From: Spirochaetia bacterium
Lineage (GTDB): Bacteria; Spirochaetota; Spirochaetia; SZUA-6; Bin103
Direction: 5' to 3'
Length of the DNA stretch: 64,000 bases
Assembly: GCA_965203515.1 (NCBI GenBank)
Contig: OZ241907.1
Coordinates: 3,808,001-3,872,000, forward strand
Numbering within the stretch: position 1 is the stretch's first letter; the number at the start of each line of letters is the position of its first letter. The translations under genes were made by a program, and so were the position numbers. The notes under the pieces were generated by a model. The model was not told the origin of the DNA and made no database searches. It was given only the letters and a program-made list of their open reading frames with translations. Below, one piece after another: positions 30,827 to 40,807 of this stretch.

Positions 30827-30883
30827 GGTCGGCCAAGTGTACCACCGCGGACCGCGAACGCAGGAAGCCGCTGGACAGACCGA

Positions 30884-30911
30884 TTGCTCAGTGGTTATAG
30901 TGTGGTATTAT
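30884..30911 (+). promoter_or_regulatory. Putative sigma70 promoter for the lipoprotein gene
   Basis: TTGCTC - 16 nt - TATTAT, with an extended -10 TG. Confidence 0.5.
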
Positions 30912-30914
30912 GGT

Positions 30915-30929
30915 CCCCCCCCCCCCCCC
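30915..30929. repeat. Poly-C homopolymer (C15)
   Basis: Fifteen consecutive C, 3 nt downstream of the -10 hexamer. Confidence 0.9.
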
Positions 30930-30965
30930 GGTAAATCGTCATCCTGGAAGGAGTCGAGGGTCATC

Positions 30966-31991
30966 GTGAGTGGCAAGGTGAGGATACTGCTGCTGGCGGT
31001 GGCCGCCGGTGTCACCATGATGGCGTGCAGGCCGATGGCGCCGCCGTCTCCCCCCACCCCCAAGAGCCCCGACCCGGCGCCGGCGCCAACGCCGCAGCCC
31101 CGGGAGACCGAGAGGAGCTGGACGCTCAGCGCGGCTCACTTTGGCGACGACGGCGTGAACATCTGGCTCGAAACGACCAACCGTTCCGAACCGTTCGCGT
31201 GGGACGGGATCACGGCCGACAACCTGGACCAGGTGCGCGTTTCGATTGGCGGACACGCTCTGCCGCTCACCAACACGACCTATCAGCCGGTGTTCGAATC
31301 CGACCTCAGCGGCGCGGAGTGGAAGATCGAAGCGGAAGTCCGCGCCGGAGCGGTGGTGCTGGTGATCACGGCCGAGGATCAGCTCATCCCGAGGGGCGTC
31401 GCTTCCGTCACGATGACCAGCCTGGGGAGCGGCTGGGCGCACAACTCCATTCCGACGGTTGCGTTTTCGCCGCCGCCGGCCGGCTCCGGCGGCACCACGG
31501 CGACCGGCACCGCGGTGGGGCCGGGCGGATACAGGGTTGTGACCATCACCTCCGCGGGAGCGGGCTACGAAACCGAGACCCCGACCGCTACGTTTCAGCC
31601 ACCGCAGACCGCCGGCGGCACCCGGGCAGCCGCAATAGTGCACAAGGACAGCAGCGGCGACCGGATCAGTCACGTGGAGATCACGGAACCGGGGACCGGC
31701 TACACCTCTGCCCTGCAGGTTACCATTTCGACGCCGCCGAGCGGCGCCGGCCACGCCCAGGCGATCACTTCCTCGGCGCTGCAAACCGGCGTCACGTCAG
31801 TGACGATCACGAATCGGGGGAGCGGCTACGAGTCTCCCCCCAGCGTGACGTTCTCGGGCGGCAGCGGCAGCGGCGCGGTCGCCACGGCGGTGCTCGAACC
31901 GCAGCTCGGCTACTCCCGGACCGAAAACCTGTACTGGGCGCGCCAGACCCTGTACGACAAGCAGCTTCTGGTTCGGCTGGCGGACGAGTGA
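30966..31991 (+). CDS. Lipoprotein with Pro-rich linker and four GxG[YW]-type beta repeats
   Basis: AAGGAG RBS, GTG start, hydrophobic signal ending MMAC, Pro-rich tether, repeats such as VTSVTITNRGSGYESPPSVTFSGG. Confidence 0.7.
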   Translation: MSGKVRILLLAVAAGVTMMACRPMAPPSPPTPKSPDPAPAPTPQPRETERSWTLSAAHFGDDGVNIWLETTNRSEPFAWDGITADNLDQVRVSIGGHALPLTNTTYQPVFESDLSGAEWKIEAEVRAGAVVLVITAEDQLIPRGVASVTMTSLGSGWAHNSIPTVAFSPPPAGSGGTTATGTAVGPGGYRVVTITSAGAGYETETPTATFQPPQTAGGTRAAAIVHKDSSGDRISHVEITEPGTGYTSALQVTISTPPSGAGHAQAITSSALQTGVTSVTITNRGSGYESPPSVTFSGGSGSGAVATAVLEPQLGYSRTENLYWARQTLYDKQLLVRLADE

Positions 31992-32085
31992 CGTACGGAG
32001 TCACCCCGTCGGTTACGTGAGGACCTGCGGAGCCGCCCCCGTCACCTGACGCCGGCCGGCACCCTGACGCCGGCCAGCCGAAACG

Positions 32086-33653
32086 TCACATGCCCCAGAC
32101 GTCGACCGGCGCCGCGGCGGCGCCGCGCCGGTGGTGAAATACCTTCTCCTCCCAGCTCCGGTCCTCCCGGCAGTCGATCACCACCAGGTGCCCGGCCTCC
32201 GCCGCGCACCGCGCCATGTACCCCGCGGTCTGTTCCACCCCCTCGGCGATGGTCCGCTCCAGCCCGTCCCGTTCCCGCACCACCTTGCACTCCACCACCA
32301 CCTCCTGCACCCGTTGCGCCAGTGCCCGCTCCCCCACCGGCTACACGATCAGCAGGTCGACCCGCCCCCGCCCCAGCGCGTACTCCCGCTCGATGCGCCC
32401 GCCCCCGTTCACCACCCGCTGCAGGTACGCCTGCAGCAGCAACTGCGGCCACGCCTCCGCGTAGGCAAAGCGGTCTCGCCAGTGCTCGGAGTGGCGCCGG
32501 AAGAAGCTCTGGAACTCCGCCAGCAGCAACGCCACGTTCAGGCTCCCGTCGGCCTGCACGAACGGCGCCGTCTCCTGCGTCAACTCTTCCTGCACCACCC
32601 ACGCCAGTTCGCGCGGTATCACCTCCGCGTAGATCGGGTTGGCGATGCGCACCGGCGCCTCACGGGCGAGCAGCCCCAGGTCGCGCGCGTACTCGACGTC
32701 GCGCGCCACGGCGCGGCGCGCGCCGCCGCTCAGCATCGGCTCGATCACCCGCCGCACGCGCTCCTCGCGCAGCTTGTCGGCCAAGTAGTCGAGGTGGGTT
32801 ACCCGATCGACGATGAGGTCCTCCCGAACCGCGGCGACGGCGGCGGACGTGACCGGACGCGAACGGTCTTCGCGCAGCGCCTTGTTCTTGAAGCAGGCGC
32901 CGTAGGCCAGCGCGTTGACCAGCCACGGCTGGCCGCAGGTCTGCGTCCAGACCGCCTCCAGCGCCTCGGGCGCGAACGGCTGGCCGGTCTGCTCGGTATG
33001 CTGGCCGAGCAGGGCCAGCGTCTCGGCGCGCGAGAAATCGCCCAGCCGCAACGAGGCGGCGGCGATGTTGAAGGGGCTGCCGGCGGCGCCCATGCGGTAG
33101 TCGCGCACGTCGCGCAGGCCGCACAGCACGACGCTCTGCGGGAAGCGCGCCGGGCGGTCGGGGTAGCCGGCGCGGAGTTGCTGCAGCACCGCCAGCAGCG
33201 AGTCGCCCACCAGCGTGTCGATCTCGTCGATCAACAGCACCAGCGGCCGCGGCGCCGCCTGCGCCCAGCGCCGCAAGGCGGTGCGCAACGCCATGTTCGG
33301 CCCGAACCTGGCGAGGAGGTCGGGCCACGCCTGGTCCAGGAAGCGATCGTCCAACGCCGCGTCCGCCGCTTCCGCCAGCGCGGCGAGCACCACCTGCATC
33401 GCCTGCCGCACGTCGTCGCGGGCGGTGCGGGCGGTCTCCACGGTGACGTATACGCAGTGGTAGCCGCGCTCGTTCAGCAAGTCGGCCAGAGCCAGCAGCG
33501 CCGAGGTCTTGCCGGTCTGCCGCGGCGCATGCAGCGCGAAGTACTTCTTGTCCCGCACCAGGCCGAGCACTTCGTCGAGATCGATCCTCGACAGCGGCGG
33601 GATCGAGTAGTGATCGGCCGGAACGACGGGCCGGCGGTATTGAACGAGCGCAT
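32086..33653 (-). pseudogene. AAA ATPase/PD-(D/E)XK nuclease (copy 2, inactivated)
   Basis: Near-identical to 29270-30826; 1-bp deletion near codon 10 (about 33627) and TGG>TAG nonsense at 32341-32343. Confidence 0.85.
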
Positions 33654-33733
33654 GTCGGCCGAGTGTACCACCGCGAACGCCACGCCCGGCGCCGCGGCGC
33701 GGCCGGATGCGCGGCTCGTATATGATTGGGCTC

Positions 33734-35239
33734 ATGATGAGCTCGCTACGGTGTCTCTCGACGGCGATCCGCCTTCGCCTGATCCTCGGCATGTCGGCCG
33801 CGTCGGTCGCGCTGGCCGGCGCGCCGCCGCCGGCGGCCGCGGACGCTGCCGGCGTCCTGCGGCACAGCGCGTCGATCGGCGAGGCCAACGCGCTCATCGC
33901 CGAGGTGCGGGTATCGCTGTCGCAGGCGGCGCGGGTGTTCGTCGAGTACGACAACCCCCAGGCCGGCCGCTACCGCACGGCGGTGACCGAGCCGGGCGCC
34001 GAGCACGCGATCCCGATCGTCCGGCTGCGCCCGGAGACCACCTACGACTACACGGTCTTCGTCATGGACGGCGAGGATGCCGCCGCCGGGCCTGCCGGCC
34101 GCTTCACCACCGGCCCGCTGCCGCCGCCGCTCGCCGCGGTAACCAAGCGCGTGACCGGCAGAAGCTCGCAACCGCTCATCCTGTCCAACTACCGTCGCAG
34201 CGACGGACCCGGTTACTTCGCCATCTGGGACGAAGTGGGCGCCACCGTCTGGTACTACGACCAGGCGCCCCAGACCGGGCCGATCAAGCAGCTTCCCGGC
34301 GGCAACTTCATCCTGCTGACGCGCGGGACCATCGTCGAGATCACTCCGTCGGGTGAGGAAGTCGTCCGCATCGAGCGCAGCCCCCGGTCGGGGAGTCCGC
34401 ACCATGATCTCACCGTTCTCGCCGATGGACGAGTGATCTACCCGAGCCGGGAGAACCTGGTCTTCGACGACTCGGCGAACGGCGGCTCTGCGGAGACCAC
34501 CTTCATCGTCGACCAGATTCGCATCTGGGACCCGGCGAGCGGACGCATCCGGCAGGTCTGGGATTCCAAGGACGCATGGGACGTTCTGGACCCGGACCAG
34601 CGCGAGCCGGCGCCCCCGCGTGACGACGGCCGATTCAGTTGGACGCACCTCAACTCGATAACCGTCGGTCCGCGGGGCAACTACGTGCTCTCGTTCCGCG
34701 GGCGGCATCAGGTGGTCTCCCTCAGCTCCGACTTGCGGACGATAGAATGGCAACTGCACGGGCCGGACAGCGATTACGAGTTCCCGAACCCGGCCGACCG
34801 GTTCTACGCGCAGCACTCGGCGTCGCAGCTCCGCAACGGCAACGTCGTGATGTTCGACAACGGCCGGGGGCGGCCCGACGCCGAGGGCGGCCACTACTCG
34901 CGCGCGCTGGAGCTGCGCCTGGACGAGGCGGCCGGCACCGCGGTGAAGGTATGGGAATACCGGCTGGAGCCGGACAGGTACTCATCGAGAGGCGGCAGCG
35001 CGTACCGGCTGAGCAACGGCAATACGCTGGTCAACTTCTCCACGACCGCACTCGAGGGCGTTCCGCTGACCGTCGTCGAGGCGGCTGCCGACGGCGGCGA
35101 AGTGTTCCGCATCGATACCCTGCATCTGGATGGAGCGAGTCCGGCCGACCGCTCGCGCGGCCGCGCGCTCGGCGGCCTTGGGGCGATCATGGGCGAAACC
35201 ATGCTGCGCCCGCCGGCCGCCGCGCCCGCGCCGGCTTGA
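33734..35239 (+). CDS. Secreted aryl-sulfate sulfotransferase family protein
   Basis: Signal-like N-terminus; HHD, WTHLNS, SFRGRH, YAQH, FDNG, SRALE; paralogue of 16955-18442. Confidence 0.82.
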   Translation: MMSSLRCLSTAIRLRLILGMSAASVALAGAPPPAAADAAGVLRHSASIGEANALIAEVRVSLSQAARVFVEYDNPQAGRYRTAVTEPGAEHAIPIVRLRPETTYDYTVFVMDGEDAAAGPAGRFTTGPLPPPLAAVTKRVTGRSSQPLILSNYRRSDGPGYFAIWDEVGATVWYYDQAPQTGPIKQLPGGNFILLTRGTIVEITPSGEEVVRIERSPRSGSPHHDLTVLADGRVIYPSRENLVFDDSANGGSAETTFIVDQIRIWDPASGRIRQVWDSKDAWDVLDPDQREPAPPRDDGRFSWTHLNSITVGPRGNYVLSFRGRHQVVSLSSDLRTIEWQLHGPDSDYEFPNPADRFYAQHSASQLRNGNVVMFDNGRGRPDAEGGHYSRALELRLDEAAGTAVKVWEYRLEPDRYSSRGGSAYRLSNGNTLVNFSTTALEGVPLTVVEAAADGGEVFRIDTLHLDGASPADRSRGRALGGLGAIMGETMLRPPAAAPAPA

Positions 35240-35264
35240 CACAATACCCGGCGCCTCGCACGCT
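35236..35264 (+). promoter_or_regulatory. Putative sigma70 promoter (leaderless)
   Basis: TTGACA - 17 nt - CACGCT - 9 nt - ATG. Confidence 0.5.
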
Positions 35265-35273
35265 TTGAGCGCC

Positions 35274-35771
35274 ATGAAGAACCTGTTGATCGCCGCGTGC
35301 GCCGGCCTGTGCCTGCTGTCGGCCGGTTCGGCCGCTGCCGAAGGGCACTTGATGGACGACTCCGGCGCGCCGGACGTGGTCACCCGGCACATGGTGGCGC
35401 AGGCCATGCTGGCCGCCCACTACATCGATGCCGCGCTCAAGGCGGGCATGCAGGTCGATGAGATCAACGCCACGCTCGCGGCGATCGCCGAGCGCTCGGT
35501 CATCACCGAGTTCTGGATCAGCGACGAGACGGGGCGGATCGCGTTCACCAACGTGCCGGGGGCGGACTTTTCGTTCCCCACCGATCCCGACGCCGGCACG
35601 CAGGCGGCTCCGTTCGCGGTACTCCTCGACGGCGCCGCGCCGGTCGTCGCGCAGGATGCCCAACCGCGCGAGATGGACGCCGCGATCTTCAAGTACGTCG
35701 GCGTAGCGGGCGTCGATCAGCCGCGCATCGTGCAGGTCGGCGTGTCCGCCGCCGAGTTGGAGAGCCCCTGA
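35274..35771 (+). CDS. Small secreted protein, possibly a stand-alone Cache/PDC-like sensor domain
   Basis: Signal peptide MKNLLIAACAGLCLLSAGSAAA; EFWISDETGRIAFTN and FKYVGVAGVDQPRIVQVG strands. Confidence 0.55.
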   Translation: MKNLLIAACAGLCLLSAGSAAAEGHLMDDSGAPDVVTRHMVAQAMLAAHYIDAALKAGMQVDEINATLAAIAERSVITEFWISDETGRIAFTNVPGADFSFPTDPDAGTQAAPFAVLLDGAAPVVAQDAQPREMDAAIFKYVGVAGVDQPRIVQVGVSAAELESP

Positions 35772-37087
35772 GCGCCACGGGCGCCCCGCTCCCCCGCGTC
35801 CGTCACGTCGACATAATCCCGGTCGAGCGCAAGGGCGCTCCGGCGTTCTACGTGCGCGATCCGCTGGAGATCGCGCCCCGGCCGCTGGTGCTTGGCGCCG
35901 CCGGGGTGCTGGTGCTGACCCATCTCGACGGCCGGCGCTCTCTCGATCAGGTGCGCGGCATGCTGCGCGAGAGGCTGCCCGGAGCCGACATCCGCGCGGC
36001 GGATATCGAGCGGCTGCTGCACATGTTGAGCGACGGGTGCTTCCTGGACGACCGGGTAGCCGCCGAGCGCGCCGCGGCCGTGTCCGGCGAGTTCGCCCGA
36101 GCGGCGGTACGACCGGCTTGGCTGGCCGGCCGGGCGTATCCGAAAGATCCGGGCGAACTGGCGGCGATGCTCGACCGGTGCTTCGCCGATGCCGCGATCG
36201 CGGTCCCCGCGCCGGCCGGGCAGACGCCGGCACCGGACGCGGCAACCGGCTCGCGCGGTGCGCTGGCCGCCGTCATGTGCCCGCACGTCGATCTGCGGGT
36301 CGGCGGCAATGCCTACCCGCCGGCCTTCGCGGCGCTGGCGCAGGCGGCGCGCGATCCGCAGCCGATCGAGCTGTACGTGATCCTGGGGGTCGCCCATCAC
36401 GGCGGCACGGAGCCGGACGCCGGCTTCGCGATCGCCACCGACAAGCACTACGCGACGCCGCTCGGGCAGGCAAAGACCGCCCGCGGCGTGATCGAGGAGT
36501 GGTCGCGGCGCGCCGGCCGCGACGTCACCGACCATCAGGTGCTGCACCGCACCGAGCATTCGGTGGAGTTTCCGCTGGTCTTCCTGCAGTACGCGCAGGC
36601 GCAGTCGGCGCTGCCGCCCTACGAGGTGGTGCCGGTGCTGCTCGGCAGCGTCGACCCCTACCTGCAGGCCGGCGCCGATCCGCTGCAGGTACCGGAGATC
36701 GTCGGCGAGCTGCAAGCGTTGCGCGAGGCGGTCGCCGCCGGCGGCAAGCGCGCGCTCTACCTCCTGAGCGTCGACTTGGCGCACGTCGGCCCCAAGTTCG
36801 GCGGCCCGGCGCCGGTCGACGACGACGCGGCGGCGGCCTGCGAGCGCGCCGACCGCGCCCTGCTCGGCTGCGCGGAACGCTTCGACGCCGCCGCCTTCAC
36901 GCGCGCCCTGCACGCCGACGGCAACGGCCGCAAGGTCGACGCCGTCGCCGGCCTGTACTCCCTCTATCCGCTGCTGTCCGGCGGCGACCGCCGCGGCGCC
37001 CTGCTCGGCTACGACCAGAATCGGCAGCCGGACACCGGTTCGCTGGTCAGCTACGCCAGCATGGCCTTCTACCACACGCCCCGCTAA
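35768..37087 (+). CDS. amrB: AmmeMemoRadiSam system protein B (Memo family) with N-terminal PqqD/wHTH-like extension
   Basis: PHVD, LGVAH, TPLG, EHSVEFPLVFLQ, SVDLAHVG, VSYAS; the frame is open upstream of the first GTG (35852) to a CTG overlapping the previous stop. Confidence 0.8.
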   Translation: MSATGAPLPRVRHVDIIPVERKGAPAFYVRDPLEIAPRPLVLGAAGVLVLTHLDGRRSLDQVRGMLRERLPGADIRAADIERLLHMLSDGCFLDDRVAAERAAAVSGEFARAAVRPAWLAGRAYPKDPGELAAMLDRCFADAAIAVPAPAGQTPAPDAATGSRGALAAVMCPHVDLRVGGNAYPPAFAALAQAARDPQPIELYVILGVAHHGGTEPDAGFAIATDKHYATPLGQAKTARGVIEEWSRRAGRDVTDHQVLHRTEHSVEFPLVFLQYAQAQSALPPYEVVPVLLGSVDPYLQAGADPLQVPEIVGELQALREAVAAGGKRALYLLSVDLAHVGPKFGGPAPVDDDAAAACERADRALLGCAERFDAAAFTRALHADGNGRKVDAVAGLYSLYPLLSGGDRRGALLGYDQNRQPDTGSLVSYASMAFYHTPR

Positions 37088-37094
37088 CTCCGGG

Positions 37095-37985
37095 TCAGCG
37101 GCGGCCGGCGTGCGGGTCCAGGGCGTCGCGCAGGCCCTCCCCCAGGTAGTTGACGCTCAGCACGGTCAGCGAGATCGCCGCGCCGGGCCAGATCACGCGC
37201 GCCGGCGTGATGGTCAGGAACGGCACCCCGTCGTAGAGCAGCCGGCCCCAGGTCGGAAAGTCGGACGGGAACCCCAGACCCAGAAAGCTCAGCGCGCTTT
37301 CGGTGATGATCGCCTGGGCGATGCCGAGGGTGGCGGCCACCACGATCGGGCCCAACGCGTTGGGAAAGACGTGCAGCAGGATGATCCGCATCGGCCGCGC
37401 GCCGATGCTGCGCGCCGCGGTCACGTACTCGCGCTGCTTGATCGTCAGCACTTGCCCGCGCACGATGCGCGCGGTCTGCATCCAGCTCGTGACGCCGATC
37501 ACCGCCACGACCAGGATGAAGATGCCGGCCTCCAGGCCGAGGGTCGACTGCAGCGGGTCGCGCAACAGCATGACGCCGACCAGCAGCAACGGCAGCACCG
37601 GCAGCGCCAGGAACAGGTCGGTCAGCCGCATCAGCGGACCGTCCAACCGGTGGAAGAAGCCGGCGGTCACGCCGACCGCCGTCCCGACCGTAAGCGACAG
37701 CGCCATGGCGGCCACCCCCACGGCCAGCGAGATGCGCCCGCCGGCGAGCATGCGGGCAAACGTGTCGCGGCCCAGGTTGTCGGTCCCCATGGGGTGCGCC
37801 GCGGACATGCCCTGGTTCTTGGCCCGGTAGTCGAGGTACTGGGGGTCGACGCCGTGCACGGCGGGCCCGAACAGCACGGCCGATGCGATCAGGGCGAATA
37901 CCGCGGCGCCGGCGATGGCGCCGGAATGGCGCCGCAGGCCGCGCGCCGGCCGCCGCTCGATGCGGGCGCGAGCCGCCTCAGTCAT
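37095..37985 (-). CDS. ABC permease (OppC-like)
   Basis: HPMGTDNLGRD, EYVTAARSIGA, LRDALDP. Confidence 0.9.
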   Translation of the reverse strand: MTEAARARIERRPARGLRRHSGAIAGAAVFALIASAVLFGPAVHGVDPQYLDYRAKNQGMSAAHPMGTDNLGRDTFARMLAGGRISLAVGVAAMALSLTVGTAVGVTAGFFHRLDGPLMRLTDLFLALPVLPLLLVGVMLLRDPLQSTLGLEAGIFILVVAVIGVTSWMQTARIVRGQVLTIKQREYVTAARSIGARPMRIILLHVFPNALGPIVVAATLGIAQAIITESALSFLGLGFPSDFPTWGRLLYDGVPFLTITPARVIWPGAAISLTVLSVNYLGEGLRDALDPHAGRR

Positions 37986-38991
37986 AGCGAATGCGCGGGT
38001 CCAGGACCCCGTACAGCAGGTCCGCGGCCAGATTGAACGCCACGATCAGCACCGCGAAGATGAAGGTCACGGTCTGCACGGTCGGGATATCGGCGCCTTC
38101 GATCGCGCCGATCAGCAGCGCGCCGATGCCGTTGATGCGGAATATCTGTTCGGTGATGACCGCCCCGGCGAACGTCGAGGGGATGCCGAGCGCGATCACG
38201 GTGACCACCGGGATCATGCTGTTGCGCAGCACGTGGACCAGGACCACGACCCGTTCGGCGAGCCCCTTGGCGCGCGCGGTGCGCGTGTACTCCTGGTGGA
38301 TGGTGTCGAGCACCGCCGAGCGCGTGAACCGGCTGATCTGCGCCGCGTTGAACAGCGCCAGCACCGCCACCGGCATGATCATCTGCCTCACCTGATAGAG
38401 CAGGCTGGCTAGATCGGTCACGCGGTGGGTGGTGTCGTAGATCGACGGCAGCCAGCCGAGCGTGGCGCTGAAGATCACGATGAGCACGGTCCCGGTGAAG
38501 AAGGTCGGCACCGAGAAGCCGATCATGGTCACCACGGCGCCGAGCCGATCGAAGATCGAGTGCTGCCGGTAGGCGGACAGGACCCCGACCGGCACCGCGA
38601 TCAGCACGGCGACCAGATAGGAGACGCCCACGACGGTCAGCGTCTGCGGCAGGCGCTCGGCGATCAGGTCGACCACCGGTGATCGCGTCGCCCAGGAACG
38701 GACGCGCAGCCGCGCGCCCGAGTCGCCGATCTCGACGCCGAGCAGCGCTTCCAGCAGGTTGAGCGGTTCGTTGACCATGAACTGCTCCAGCCACCTGAGG
38801 TAGCGGACCGGGAACGGCCGGCCGATCCCCAGGCTCTGCCGTATCTGCTCGCGCGTCTCCGGAGGGATCGTCAGCGGCAGCTGCGCCGTAGGGTCGCCGG
38901 GCGCCAAGTCGAGCAGCGCGAACACGATGAAGCTGATCGCCAGCAGCGTCGGCACGGCGAACAGCAGGCGCCGGATCGCGTAGCGCACCAT
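37978..38991 (-). CDS. ABC permease (OppB-like)
   Basis: YAIRRLL, APGDP, TARAKGL, LDPRIRY. Confidence 0.9.
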   Translation of the reverse strand: MVRYAIRRLLFAVPTLLAISFIVFALLDLAPGDPTAQLPLTIPPETREQIRQSLGIGRPFPVRYLRWLEQFMVNEPLNLLEALLGVEIGDSGARLRVRSWATRSPVVDLIAERLPQTLTVVGVSYLVAVLIAVPVGVLSAYRQHSIFDRLGAVVTMIGFSVPTFFTGTVLIVIFSATLGWLPSIYDTTHRVTDLASLLYQVRQMIMPVAVLALFNAAQISRFTRSAVLDTIHQEYTRTARAKGLAERVVVLVHVLRNSMIPVVTVIALGIPSTFAGAVITEQIFRINGIGALLIGAIEGADIPTVQTVTFIFAVLIVAFNLAADLLYGVLDPRIRYD

Positions 38992-39018
38992 GCGGTCGAA
39001 CCGCGGTCCTGCGTCACC

Positions 39019-40725
39019 TCACTCGAGGCGGTGCCACTCGTGCAGGTTCCACAGCGCCGCGTCCCAGGCGTTGTGCCGAACGCCGCCCAGCGTCAGCGAG
39101 CGGGCGGCGATCTCGCCGCGGTGGATCAGCGGGATGATCGCGCCGTCGTCGATCAACAGGTCGTTCATCCGCTTGGCGATCGCCGCGCGCTGCTCCAGGC
39201 CCGCCGTCTCGGCCAGCTCCGCAACCAGCGCGTCGTACTCCGCGCTGCAGTAGCGGGAGATGTTGGCGCCGATCCACTGATGCTCCGGCCCCGGAATCTC
39301 GCTGCACGTCCAGCCGGCCATGTACGCCTGCGGGTCGGTGCCGTCGAAGTTGTTGGTGTACATCTGAATGTCGGCGTAGAACTTCTGGTAGGTGTCGGGG
39401 CTGGCCGGATCGCTGCCGAAGAACACGGAGGCGTTGATGTTCTTCAGATCGGTCTCGACGCCGATCTCGCGCCACATCTGCTTGATCAGCGCCTGCGTGC
39501 CCTGCCGGACCGAATTGGTGGAGGTCTGGTAGAGGATCGACAGGCGCACGCCGTCCTTGACGCGGACGCCGTCCCGGCCGCGCACCCAGCCGGCCTGGTC
39601 CAGGAGCCGATTGGCGCCGTCGATGTCCTGGGTCAGGCACCAGTCGTTGGCGGTCGAGGCGTAGGCCGGCGGGGCGGGCAGCACGTTGCAGGTCACGCGG
39701 CCGGCCGGCCCGTAGCCGGCCTCGACCAGGATGGCGCGGTCGATCGCCATCGACAGGGCGCGCGGCACCGCCGGATCGGACAGGAAGGGGTGCGGGTTGC
39801 CGCCGTCCTGGTAGGTCGACCGCTTGTCGCCCAGGGCCGGGTCAGGATCGGTCTTCTGCACGACCAGACGCTCGACGTAGGTGCCGAAGGCGGACAGGAT
39901 CGTTCCCCTGCCGGCCCGTTCCATGTCGGCCAGGATCTCCGGCTCCACCTGCAGGTTCCAGGCGTAGTCGAACTCGCCGGTCACCAGCACGGCGCGGGCC
40001 GCCGAGACCGCGTCGCCGCCGCCCTTGAGGAGGACGGATGAGAAGGCCGGCAGGTCCGGGTGGCGGTAGCGGTCGTTGACGACGTAGCGCACCACGTCGT
40101 TGGGGCGGAACTCCGCAACCCGGTAGGGGCCGGTGCCGATCGGCGCGAAGTTCTCGGCCGTGCACTCCGGCGCCCGGGCGCCGGTGCAGTGCTCGAACTG
40201 CCGTTGCTGCAGGACCGGCAGGATCGAGCCGACGAACGGCGCGTAGGGGAACGGCATCGGCACGGCGAAGGCGATCCGCACCGTGTGGTCGTCGACCGCC
40301 TCGACCGCTTCCACGTCCTGGAACCGGCTGGCGGACGCGCAGCCGCCGCTCGGGTCCATGCAATAGGCCGCCGTGAAGGCTACGTCCCTGGCCGTGAACG
40401 GCGTGCCGTCCGACCACACGACGTCGTCGCGCAGCTTCCAGGTGATCGACCTGAGGTCGGCCGCCACGCCGCCGTTGTCGAGCGTAGGGATCTCGGCGGC
40501 GAGCCACGGCACCATGTCGCCGTTCTCGTCGTACCGCGCCAGCGGCTCCAGGATCAGCGAGGCGGCGTGGATGTCCTTGGTCCCGCCCGACAGGAACGGG
40601 TTGAGGATCGACGGCGCCTGCCAGTAGAGCACCTTCAACTCGCCGTCGGCGCCGCGCTCGGCGCCGGCCGCGGCGGCCAGGGTGACGGCTGCCGCCGCCA
40701 GGATCAGGGTTCGTGATCGTACCAT
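39019..40725 (-). CDS. Peptide ABC substrate-binding protein, family 5
   Basis: Signal peptide, YWQAPSILNP, WSDGTPFTARD, PIGTGPY; no ATPase genes adjacent. Confidence 0.9.
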   Translation of the reverse strand: MVRSRTLILAAAAVTLAAAAGAERGADGELKVLYWQAPSILNPFLSGGTKDIHAASLILEPLARYDENGDMVPWLAAEIPTLDNGGVAADLRSITWKLRDDVVWSDGTPFTARDVAFTAAYCMDPSGGCASASRFQDVEAVEAVDDHTVRIAFAVPMPFPYAPFVGSILPVLQQRQFEHCTGARAPECTAENFAPIGTGPYRVAEFRPNDVVRYVVNDRYRHPDLPAFSSVLLKGGGDAVSAARAVLVTGEFDYAWNLQVEPEILADMERAGRGTILSAFGTYVERLVVQKTDPDPALGDKRSTYQDGGNPHPFLSDPAVPRALSMAIDRAILVEAGYGPAGRVTCNVLPAPPAYASTANDWCLTQDIDGANRLLDQAGWVRGRDGVRVKDGVRLSILYQTSTNSVRQGTQALIKQMWREIGVETDLKNINASVFFGSDPASPDTYQKFYADIQMYTNNFDGTDPQAYMAGWTCSEIPGPEHQWIGANISRYCSAEYDALVAELAETAGLEQRAAIAKRMNDLLIDDGAIIPLIHRGEIAARSLTLGGVRHNAWDAALWNLHEWHRLE

Positions 40726-40807
40726 CGCAACCGTATCATAGCGCGCAAGACCCATGAGCGGCCGCGGTTTTCGCGCCCGGCGCGGGAGTCGTGGCATGCT
40801 TGGATCC

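Noticed and set aside
32341..32343. Pyrrolysine or programmed read-through at the in-frame TAG
   Set aside because: It aligns with TGG (Trp) in copy 1 and the same gene also has a frameshift, so simple pseudogenisation is more likely.
29270..33653. IS elements or a classical composite transposon
   Set aside because: The repeated gene has no DDE, HUH or recombinase motifs, and I saw no terminal inverted repeats or target duplications.
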